Program-made: the position numbers and the translations under genes
Part shown: piece by piece, positions 24,376 to 30,928 of the stretch
Layout of the letters: every line of letters starts with the position of its first letter
Numbering within the stretch: the first letter of the stretch is position 1
NCBI GenBank assembly: GCA_035486135.1
Contig: DATHNI010000007.1
Coordinates: 1-30,928, forward strand
DNA: 30,928 nucleotides
Origin: Acetobacteraceae bacterium
Lineage (GTDB): Bacteria; Pseudomonadota; Alphaproteobacteria; Acetobacterales; Acetobacteraceae
Reading direction: 5' to 3'
Notes under the pieces: model-generated
Told to the model about the DNA's origin: nothing
What the model saw: the letters and a program-made list of their open reading frames with translations, nothing else
Database searches by the model: none

Positions 24376-25221
24376 TCAGCGCGAACCCGCCCGCGGTCCC
24401 GGCAACGGCGGTGTGTGCGCGGGGCGGGCGCGCGAGGCACCGGGGGGTGGGAATGCGGCCTGCACGAAGCGCACGACGGTATCGAGCGTTGCCTGCTTCG
24501 CCTCCAGATGCGGGGCGTGACGTGCCCCCGGCATCACCAGCGTTTCCAGCGGCACCCGCGCGTGCTGCTGCAGGACGTCCAACTGCGCCGGGGTACCATA
24601 CGGATCATCGGCGCCTTGCAGCGCGAGGATCGGCACGTCGATGCCCGCAACCTCCGCGGTGATGTCGAACGAACGAAACCCCGGATGCAGCCACGAATCG
24701 TTCCATCCCCGGAATGCCACATCCACATTCCGATGATAGCGTGCCAGCCGCTCGCGCAACGCGCCCTGTTCATACTCGGCGCGGATCTGGCGGATGCTGG
24801 CAATGTTCAGGTCTTCCACGAAGAAATGCGCGGCGATCAGCACGACGCCGCGCAGCCGCCGGTCGCGCGCGTCGCCCGCATAGACCGCGGCGATCGAGCC
24901 GCCGTCGGAGTGGCCGACCAGGATCGCCTCGCGAATGCCGGCGGCGTCCAGCACGCGCGGCAGCACGTCGCGCGCTTCGTCCTGCATGTAGGTCAACGGC
25001 CAGGGCAGCGGCTTCGAGTCAGACTGGCCGTAACCGAACCGCGAGTACGCGAACACGCCGCAGCCGGTGGCTGCCGCGAGCAGATCGGGAACGTCGCGCC
25101 ATAACGCGATGCAGCCCAGGCCTTCATGCAGCAGGACAAGCGTGGGCGCTTCGGATGGAGGCGGGCCCCACCAGGCGGTTTCGAGCTGGCGATCATCAAG
25201 AAGCATGGCACCGGGGTGCAT
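24376..25221 (-). CDS. Alpha/beta-fold hydrolase
   Basis: The nucleophile elbow GHSDGG (GxSxG) follows the LVLLHEGLG oxyanion region, giving the ~280-aa alpha/beta hydrolase layout. It lies between the CoA ligase and the NHase genes on the same strand, with short gaps. Confidence 0.8.
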   Translation of the reverse strand: MHPGAMLLDDRQLETAWWGPPPSEAPTLVLLHEGLGCIALWRDVPDLLAAATGCGVFAYSRFGYGQSDSKPLPWPLTYMQDEARDVLPRVLDAAGIREAILVGHSDGGSIAAVYAGDARDRRLRGVVLIAAHFFVEDLNIASIRQIRAEYEQGALRERLARYHRNVDVAFRGWNDSWLHPGFRSFDITAEVAGIDVPILALQGADDPYGTPAQLDVLQQHARVPLETLVMPGARHAPHLEAKQATLDTVVRFVQAAFPPPGASRARPAHTPPLPGPRAGSR

Positions 25222-25230
25222 GCGGCACCC

Positions 25231-26895
25231 TCACCCGCCGCTGCGCGGCGCCCCCCGGGTCGAGGGACCGGGGGCATGCCTATCCTGAAGCGAGAGGTTT
25301 TCTTCGCGCAGGCGGAAGCGCTGGATCTTGCCGGTGGCGGTCTTCGGCAAGCCATCGACGAACTCGATCCAGCGCGGATATTTCCACACGCCGATCCGTT
25401 CCTTCACATGCGCCTTCAAAAGTTCCTTCACCGTATCCGCGTCCTGTTGCTTCGCCGCCTCCTGCAGGATCACGAACGCCCTGGGCTTGGTCAGCCCGTC
25501 GCGATCCGTCGCACCCACCACCGCGGCCTCCAGCACCGCCGGGTGCGAGACCAAAGCTTCCTCGACCTCGAACGGCGAGACCCAGACGCCGCTCACCTTC
25601 AGCATCTCGTCGCTGCGGCCGCAGTAGCGGTAGTAGCCCTCGGCGTCGCGCGTGTAGGTGTCGCCGGTATGAGTCCATTCGCCGCGGAAGGTGCGGCGGG
25701 TCTTGTCCCGCTGGTGCCAATAGCCGTCGGCCGCCGACGGGCCGCGCACCACCAGTTCGCCCACCTCGCCATGCGGCACCGGGCGGCCATGCTCGTCCAG
25801 GACATGCGCCTCGTAGCCAGGCACCGGCTTGCCTGACGTGCCGTAGCGAATATCGTCGGGCCGGTTCGAAACAAAGATGTGCAGCATCTCGGTCGAGCCG
25901 ATCCCGTCCAGGATGTGCACGCCCACCATGTTGAACCAGCGCTGGCCCACCGCCTCCGGCAACGCCTCGCCGGCGGAGATGCAGCGGCGCAGGCGGTCCG
26001 ACCCGGCCTTGGGGCCGATCCGCGGATACGCCAGCAGCGCGGCGTACAGCGTCGGCACGCCGCCGAAAATCGAGGGGTTGTGGCTCTGCATCACCCCTAG
26101 CACCGCGTCCGGGGTCGGCCGGTCGGGCAGCAGCACGGCGGACGCGCCGACCGACATCGGGAAGGTCAGGCTGTTGCCCAGGCCATAGGCGTGGAACGCC
26201 TTGGCGGCGGAGAACATCAGGTCGTCACGTCGGATGCCCAGCACCTGCGCGCCGTAGGTATCCGCGGTGTGGCGCAGGCTGGCGTGGACATGGCGCACGC
26301 CCTTCGGCGCGCCGGTCGAGCCGGAGGAATACAACCACAACGCGATTTCATCCGGCGAGGCGGGCGCCGTTGGCGTGTCCGCGTCGCCGGTGGCGAGGAA
26401 GTCGGTCAGGCTGATCGTACGCAAATCCCCCTGCTCAGGCCCGGAGCCAGACTCAGGCGGCGCCGGCGTCGTGCCGTCCGGGTGGGCAACGATGATGCGG
26501 CGCAGCGCCGGCAGGCTGTGCAGCACCGGCAGCAGCGGCGCGAGCAATGGGGCCGAGATGACGATGGCCTCGGCGCGGCTGTCGGCCAGGATGTAGCCGG
26601 CCACCTCGTGCGTCAGCAGCGTATTGATCGGGACGGGCACGACGCCGGCCCGCAAGGCGCCCCAGAACGCGAGGGGGAAATCCACGGTGTCGAGCAACAG
26701 CAGCGCGATGCGCCGTTCGCGGCCGATGCCGGCGGCGCCCAGCGCACCGGCGAAGCGGTGGGTATCGGCTGCCAGTCCCGCGTAGGTCAGCGTGCGCCAC
26801 GGGTCGAGGAAGGCCGTCGCGTCGCCGCGCCCCTCGCGCAGGTGGCGATCGAGGAACCAATCGACCGCGTTGCCGTCCACCGCCTCAGCCGCCAT
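25231..26895 (-). CDS. Benzoate-CoA ligase family AMP-dependent synthetase (aromatic acid-CoA ligase)
   Basis: LYSSGSTGAPKGV AMP-binding motif, YGTSGKP and TGD motifs, and a C-terminal PKTATGKIQR. The N-terminus NAVDWFLDRHLREGRGDATAFLD resembles benzoate/4-hydroxybenzoate-CoA ligase N-termini. There is a 10-nt gap to the hydrolase gene. Confidence 0.9.
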   Translation of the reverse strand: MAAEAVDGNAVDWFLDRHLREGRGDATAFLDPWRTLTYAGLAADTHRFAGALGAAGIGRERRIALLLLDTVDFPLAFWGALRAGVVPVPINTLLTHEVAGYILADSRAEAIVISAPLLAPLLPVLHSLPALRRIIVAHPDGTTPAPPESGSGPEQGDLRTISLTDFLATGDADTPTAPASPDEIALWLYSSGSTGAPKGVRHVHASLRHTADTYGAQVLGIRRDDLMFSAAKAFHAYGLGNSLTFPMSVGASAVLLPDRPTPDAVLGVMQSHNPSIFGGVPTLYAALLAYPRIGPKAGSDRLRRCISAGEALPEAVGQRWFNMVGVHILDGIGSTEMLHIFVSNRPDDIRYGTSGKPVPGYEAHVLDEHGRPVPHGEVGELVVRGPSAADGYWHQRDKTRRTFRGEWTHTGDTYTRDAEGYYRYCGRSDEMLKVSGVWVSPFEVEEALVSHPAVLEAAVVGATDRDGLTKPRAFVILQEAAKQQDADTVKELLKAHVKERIGVWKYPRWIEFVDGLPKTATGKIQRFRLREENLSLQDRHAPGPSTRGAPRSGG

Positions 26896-26936
26896 TGCTG
26901 CAAGGTCTCCGTTGTCTGGGAGTTCGGAGGCGCATG

Positions 26937-26980
26937 TTGCACCCTCACCCTACCCTCTCCCGCTTACGCGGGAGAAGACA
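26937..26980. repeat. REP-1 fragment (CACCCTCACCC + CCTCTCCCGCTTACGCGGGAGAAG hairpin)
   Basis: Matches the terminal hairpin and arm of the 2235-2385 element. It lies in the leader of the CoA-ligase/NHase operon. Confidence 0.6.
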
Positions 26981-27108
26981 ACCTCTATAGCCGCTCAGAG
27001 CGCTTTCACCACGACCGGAATCGTCAGCCCGCTGTCATCGCGAGTTGACCACCAGCCGCGGGGCCGACCCGCCCTGAGGGAAACTGCGAGGCCGTCGTGC
27101 GAAGGACA

Positions 27109-27214
27109 CTCCCCCTCCCCTTGAGGGAGGGGGTTGGGGGAGGGGTGCGAACCGCAACGGCCGGCGGCTGTACGAACCCCTCCCCCCAACCCCCTCCCTC
27201 AAGGGGAGGGGGAG
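27109..27214. repeat. REP-2 GC-rich palindromic / G4-motif element, copy B
   Basis: CTCCCCCTCCCCTTGAGGGAGGGGGTTGGGGGAGGGG ... ACCCCTCCCCCCAACCCCCTCCCTCAAGGGGAGGGGGAG is about 90% identical to copy A in its arms. Confidence 0.85.
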
Positions 27215-27230
27215 CAGCTTGTTTCTCGTT

Positions 27231-27347
27231 AGGCGCGCTGCGCCGAGGCGATCCCCCGCCGGACCAGCCGAGGAACGTTCGTCAGACGGGGGATTGCTTC
27301 GGCGCAGCGCGCCTCGCAATGACAGTAGCATTCGCGGCATTTCCAGT
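27231..27347. repeat. Family-5 long-hairpin element, copy 2 (left arm truncated), with the conserved CATTCGCGGCATTTCCAGTC tail
   Basis: AGGCGCGCTGCGCCGAGGCGATCCCCCG ... CGGGGGATTGCTTCGGCGCAGCGCGCCTCGCAATGACA palindrome. The tail matches that at 6800-6824. Confidence 0.7.
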
Positions 27348-27361
27348 CGGGGCAAAACCGC

Positions 27362-28594
27362 TCAATGCGCGGCCGGAGCAGTGGGCGCGGCCGCGCCCGA
27401 CCGCAGCAGCGTGCCGAGCAAGCCGCCGAGATCGGGCGGCAGGCCGACGATCGTGGAGGGAAGCCGCCCGTCGCTCTTGTGGCCGAACGAACGCAGCGCG
27501 TCCGCCGCGGCCAGCGCCTGGATGGTCGAGGCATACGGCGCCAGCTCTGCCGCGATCGCCTGGTCCTGCGAGGCGATGTAGCGCCGGTTGACCGCATCCT
27601 GCACCACCGGGTCGAAGGTGAACGTGTCGGCCCAGCCGATGAAATCCAGCGTGATGCCGACCGAGGCGAAGTAGTCGGCCGCCGCCTTGCCGACCGCATC
27701 CATGATCTGGTTCGCTTCCTCGTTCGCCTTGTCGAAGCTGCGGCTGGCGATTTCGTTGCACACCAGCGTCTGGACCTTCTTGCGTCCGACGTCGTCCATC
27801 ACATCGGACAGCTTGCGGCTGAAGAACACCGAGTTGAAAATGACCTTCGGATCGGTGCGGTCGCCAACCGGCGGCAGCACGCCGAACCGGTAGAGGTATT
27901 TCGCCGCGTTCGGTTCCAGCACCGAAGCGCCGATCGACACGCCGACGGATATGTTGAGCCCCTCCTTGCTCTGGCAGGGAAACGATTCGTTGCGGGTGGA
28001 CGTGCCGCGCTCGCGCGCTTCCACCCATTCACGGCTGAACGGCGTGCGATCGACGATGATCAGCCGGCCCGCCGGAACATAGAAGTCGAAAAAGCTGCCG
28101 GAGCCTTGCAGCTTGGTGTGGGGAACGATGAAGCGCTTCACCGCGATCTTGTTGGCTTGCAGGTACGCCTCGGAATCGAATTGCGCCTGGTTGTCCTTGT
28201 TGGCGCCGGCGTCCGGAATCCAGAACGCGGATTCGTTCGGCAGGATGGTGTAGGCCTCGGTGTAGTCGGTCTTGTCGTAGTAGGCCTGGGCCTGCGGCGC
28301 GGCCAGCAGCACGCCAAACACGATTGCCGCGGCGCCCGAAACCCACCACTGCCGCAGGGGCCGCCACCAGATCGCCACGACGACGGCCAGCAGGACCACG
28401 GCCGGGATGCCGAGATTGCCGAACAGCCGGATGCCGATCATCGAGGTGACGTAGGACGCGTCGGTATTGGCGAATTGCTGGCCGGCCACGTCAGCGGACG
28501 CAATCGTCGCAACCGGATGCAGCAGGAAGTTGATCCAGCCATACAGCACCACGGCGGCGGCTGTGGCGATGGCACGGCCCAGGATACGGTTCAC
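27362..28594 (-). CDS. Membrane protein with three N-terminal TM helices and a possible SPFH/band-7-like domain
   Basis: The N-terminal hydrophobic segments are followed by a ~250-aa domain with weak SPFH-like periodicity (ISVGVSIGASVLEPNAAKYLYRFG ... VQDAVNRRYIASQDQAIAAELAPYA). The family assignment is tentative. Confidence 0.45.
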   Translation of the reverse strand: MNRILGRAIATAAAVVLYGWINFLLHPVATIASADVAGQQFANTDASYVTSMIGIRLFGNLGIPAVVLLAVVVAIWWRPLRQWWVSGAAAIVFGVLLAAPQAQAYYDKTDYTEAYTILPNESAFWIPDAGANKDNQAQFDSEAYLQANKIAVKRFIVPHTKLQGSGSFFDFYVPAGRLIIVDRTPFSREWVEARERGTSTRNESFPCQSKEGLNISVGVSIGASVLEPNAAKYLYRFGVLPPVGDRTDPKVIFNSVFFSRKLSDVMDDVGRKKVQTLVCNEIASRSFDKANEEANQIMDAVGKAAADYFASVGITLDFIGWADTFTFDPVVQDAVNRRYIASQDQAIAAELAPYASTIQALAAADALRSFGHKSDGRLPSTIVGLPPDLGGLLGTLLRSGAAAPTAPAAH

Positions 28595-28719
28595 GTCAGC
28601 CTCCGCGGTGTCGTCCGGCGTCAGGCCGAACCCGGCGTTCCCGATGGCGCCACGCGCCGCCAGGATACGCCGGGAACCTTAACGCATCGTTACACCCTTG
28701 CGAAGTTCGCCGTGCGTGA

Positions 28720-29784
28720 TCAGTTCAGCCGCAGATCGATCAGGTGCTTCGGATCGGGCTTCAGCTCGCCCTTCTCCACCCGCTTGACGATGTCGGTCAG
28801 CGCCGCGTTGGCCGGGGTGGGAATACCGATCTCTTCTCCCTTGCGGACGATCAGCCCGTTGAGGAACTCGATCTCCGTACGCCGGCCTTTCACCATGTCC
28901 TGGCCCATCGACGGCCGGTGTTCTCCGCCGCCGGACTTGCTCACCTCGGCCAGCCGGTGCTCGTCGTATTCGCGCACCGCCGCGGGGTCGCCTTCGCCGG
29001 CCTTGGCGATGATCTCCGGGTCGATGTGGTGGATTTCCTCCAGCTCGTAGCCCAGCGCCTGGCCGACGCGGATCGCCTCGCTGCCCAGCCGCGCGCCGAA
29101 CCGGCGCAGCGCGTCGTTGGTCAGGATATCCTTGCTGATCAGCCCCGTGCTGGCCGACATGCCGTTCGCCATTCCGTTGGTCACCAGCTTGGACCAGCGC
29201 TCGCCCCACAGGTTGGAGGTCGCCAGCGCGGAGTCCGAGTATGCGACCAAGCGGCGGATCTCCTGCACGCGGTCGGTGATGCGGCCGTGCACCTCGCCGG
29301 TGCGGAACACGGTGTGCTTGTCGCCGCTCTTGCCGGCGGCGCGGCGCACATGGCCGGGCTCGCACAGATCGACCGTGATCGAGCTGGCGATGCAGCCGAC
29401 GACGCGGCCCCAGCCGACCACGTCGGCAATGGTCTCCTCGTTCATGCAGTTCTGCAGCGACACCACGAAGCCGTTCGGCGACAGGTATTGCGAGATCAGC
29501 GTCGTCGCCCATTTCGTGTCGTACGACTTCATGCAGACGAAGGCGATGTCGATCGGCTTTTCCTTCGCCAGTTGCTGGGCGTCGGTCACGTGCAGCGCGC
29601 GCACCTTGGCGGTGAATTCCGGCACGTCGCGGATATGCGTGATGCGCAGGCCCTTGGCGCGCATGGTTTCCACATGCTCTGGCCAGGGATCGATGAAGGT
29701 AATGTCCTCGCCCGCTTGCGCCATGTGCGCGCCGGCGTAGCCGCCGACCGCACCGGTGCCCATGACCGCGATCTTGTAGCCCAT
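28720..29784 (-). CDS. panE: 2-dehydropantoate 2-reductase (ketopantoate reductase, ApbA/PanE family)
   Basis: MGYKIAVMGTGAVGGYAGAHMAQAG Rossmann N-terminus, and the layout typical of ApbA_N + ApbA_C. The start is ATG(29784), with GGAGGA 6 nt upstream. The tracked 34-aa N-extension is rejected. Confidence 0.8.
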   Translation of the reverse strand: MGYKIAVMGTGAVGGYAGAHMAQAGEDITFIDPWPEHVETMRAKGLRITHIRDVPEFTAKVRALHVTDAQQLAKEKPIDIAFVCMKSYDTKWATTLISQYLSPNGFVVSLQNCMNEETIADVVGWGRVVGCIASSITVDLCEPGHVRRAAGKSGDKHTVFRTGEVHGRITDRVQEIRRLVAYSDSALATSNLWGERWSKLVTNGMANGMSASTGLISKDILTNDALRRFGARLGSEAIRVGQALGYELEEIHHIDPEIIAKAGEGDPAAVREYDEHRLAEVSKSGGGEHRPSMGQDMVKGRRTEIEFLNGLIVRKGEEIGIPTPANAALTDIVKRVEKGELKPDPKHLIDLRLN

Positions 29785-29902
29785 CTGGTTCCTCCCCTTC
29801 GTCGTCAGGAGGGCCAGTGTCGCCGGATGGGTGGGAAACGCAAGGTGTGGTGGCACACCGGGGGCGCTGGCATGCAAGTCCTGCAAGCCCTATATTCGCC
29901 AC

Positions 29903-30115
29903 ATGAGCGCATCGCACCGCGATCCCCTGCACAGGGCCGAGACCGACGCCGACCGACAAAACCGTCTCGCCCGTGAGGCGGAGATGATCGCCGAAGCACG
30001 CGCACAGGTTGCCCGTGGCGAGGTCGTCGACTTCGAGGATGTCGAAGCCTGGATCGACAGTTGGGATACGCCGCATGAGAAACCGAGGCCACTGCCCCGC
30101 CCGCGATCGAGCTGA
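29903..30115 (+). CDS. parD: ParD-like ribbon-helix-helix antitoxin
   Basis: 70 aa; QNRLAREAEMIAEARAQVARGEVVDFEDVEAWIDSW is a typical ParD/CC2985-type antitoxin C-terminal half. It lies directly upstream of a ParE/RelE toxin gene. Confidence 0.6.
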   Translation: MSASHRDPLHRAETDADRQNRLAREAEMIAEARAQVARGEVVDFEDVEAWIDSWDTPHEKPRPLPRPRSS

Positions 30116-30163
30116 GTCAAGACCGCCTGGAGTCCCCTCCTGGCGGCATGGCCGGGGGACAGG

Positions 30164-30472
30164 GTGGCCAGGAAACTCCTGCTCTCCGACAAAGCAATCG
30201 ATGACCTGAGCGCCGTCCGCGTTTGGTACGGACAGCCAGGCGCCGGACGCGTCGCGAAGCGGCGGGCACAGGCGATCGCCGCTGCCATTCGGCGCCTGCG
30301 GCAGCATCCGTGTCGCTACGCCCGCGGCGATCATCCCGGAACCAGGCAAATGGTGATCGAACGCCACGTGGTGATCTACGAGGTTCACCCCGACACCGGC
30401 CGCGATGCCACGGCGGGTGATGTTCTGGTGTTGCGCGTGTTTGGACCGGGACAGCTACGCGAGGTCCTCTAG
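30164..30472 (+). CDS. parE: ParE/RelE-family toxin
   Basis: LSDKAIDDLSAVRVWYGQPGAG ... RYARGDHPGTRQMVIERHVVIYEVHPDTGRDATAGDVLVLRVFGPGQLREVL resembles the ParE fold pattern (..IxYRV.. ..VxILRVxHgxxdl). It has a GTG start. Confidence 0.75.
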   Translation: MARKLLLSDKAIDDLSAVRVWYGQPGAGRVAKRRAQAIAAAIRRLRQHPCRYARGDHPGTRQMVIERHVVIYEVHPDTGRDATAGDVLVLRVFGPGQLREVL

Positions 30473-30513
30473 CCGCCGGCACGGAGGCGCGAACCCGCGT
30501 CCGAGCCACAACG

Positions 30514-30928
30514 CTCAACTTGCCGAATCATCCTCATAGGCTTCCAGATCAACCCGCTGAAGCTTGATCGTCTGTACGGTGCGGACGCCGATATCATGCT
30601 CGATCATCAGGCGCGCGAGTTCCGGTCCGTCTATCAGCACGATGCGATGACTCCTGTACGTGGCTGACATATCGCGTGCATGGCCGGTGAATCGGCTGGT
30701 CGTGACGAAGACGCCCTTGGTGGCGCCATTGCTCAGCAGGGTGCCAGCGAATCCTGAATAGCGGGCGCACCCACCGCATTGTCCTCCGCGTAGCGCTTGG
30801 CCTGAATGTAGATCATGTCGAGGCCCAGCTTGTCCTCCCGGATGACCCCATCGACGCCACCATCGCCGGACCGCCCGAGCCGCTCGGCAGCCTCGCGGTG
30901 GGTTCCGCCATAGCCGATGGCCACCAGA
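30514..30928 (-). pseudogene. mrr: Mrr-type restriction endonuclease, 3' part, frameshifted. The gene runs off the right edge of the window.
   Basis: Frame A (30928 down to ~30755) gives VAIGYGGTHREAAERLGRSGDGGVDGVIREDKLGLDMIYIQAKRYAEDNAVGAPAIQ, the Mrr catalytic core. The homologous continuation FAGTLLSNGATKGVFVTTSRFTGHARDMSATYRSHRIVLIDGPELARLMIEHDIGV...SAS* lies in the -1 frame, ending at 30514. The break is at ATTCAGGATTCGC near 30750-30762, where one base appears to be missing from an expected GAATTC. Confidence 0.7.

Noticed and set aside
24000-24440. Longer 146-aa version of the NHase beta N-domain ORF, starting at 24440
   Set aside because: The extra 44 residues (MPRAPAPRTHRRCRDRGR..) overlap the 3' end of the hydrolase gene and do not match NHase beta N-termini, which begin MxxxHDLGG. 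The internal ATG(24308) is preferred.
24714-25934. 406-aa plus-strand ORF and 236-aa ORF 25126-25836 antisense to the hydrolase and CoA-ligase genes
   Set aside because: They lie opposite two genes with clear catalytic motifs and give an Arg/Pro/Ser-rich translation.
1-30928. tRNA, rRNA and CRISPR scan by eye
   Set aside because: No T-arm-like GGTTCGAATCC-type motifs, no cloverleaf-sized conserved blocks, no rRNA-like segments and no regularly spaced short direct repeats with unique spacers were seen. The repeats present are palindromic REP/MITE types, not CRISPR.

Overview
High-GC (~68-70%) bacterial chromosomal window. Codon bias and repeat content suggest a Xanthomonadales-like gammaproteobacterium, but this is a guess. 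About 30 protein-coding genes are supported; no rRNA, tRNA or CRISPR array was recognised.

Housekeeping genes: a partial nucleoside hydrolase N-terminus, argininosuccinate synthase (argG), an EF-G paralog and ketopantoate reductase.

The rest is accessory-looking:
- two MFS transporters, one of them a fosmidomycin-resistance (Fsr) type;
- a DUF1223 secreted thioredoxin-like protein;
- an Asp/Glu-racemase-superfamily protein lacking the first catalytic Cys;
- a PEP-CTERM (exosortase-sorted) protein in a low-GC patch;
- a TAT-signal DUF1800/DUF1501 gene pair;
- a GAF-domain protein with atypical codon usage;
- a highly divergent phosphoenolpyruvate-carboxylase-like protein;
- three type II toxin-antitoxin modules (DUF4258/DUF2283, VapBC, ParDE) and a frameshifted Mrr restriction endonuclease;
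- a GNAT / polysaccharide-deacetylase / CmcJ-like trio.

The best candidate for an unusual system is a five-gene minus-strand operon. It encodes a benzoate-CoA-ligase-family enzyme, an alpha/beta hydrolase, and a cobalt-type nitrile hydratase whose beta subunit is split into two separately translated, translationally coupled ORFs (N-domain, then C-domain, then alpha). This three-subunit architecture resembles toyocamycin nitrile hydratase or thiocyanate hydrolase, but sits in an aromatic-acid-CoA-ligase context with no activator gene.

The intergenic DNA is saturated with at least five families of structured palindromic (REP/MITE-like) repeats. One family carries textbook G-quadruplex motifs, and one copy lies inside or immediately upstream of the DUF1501 start.
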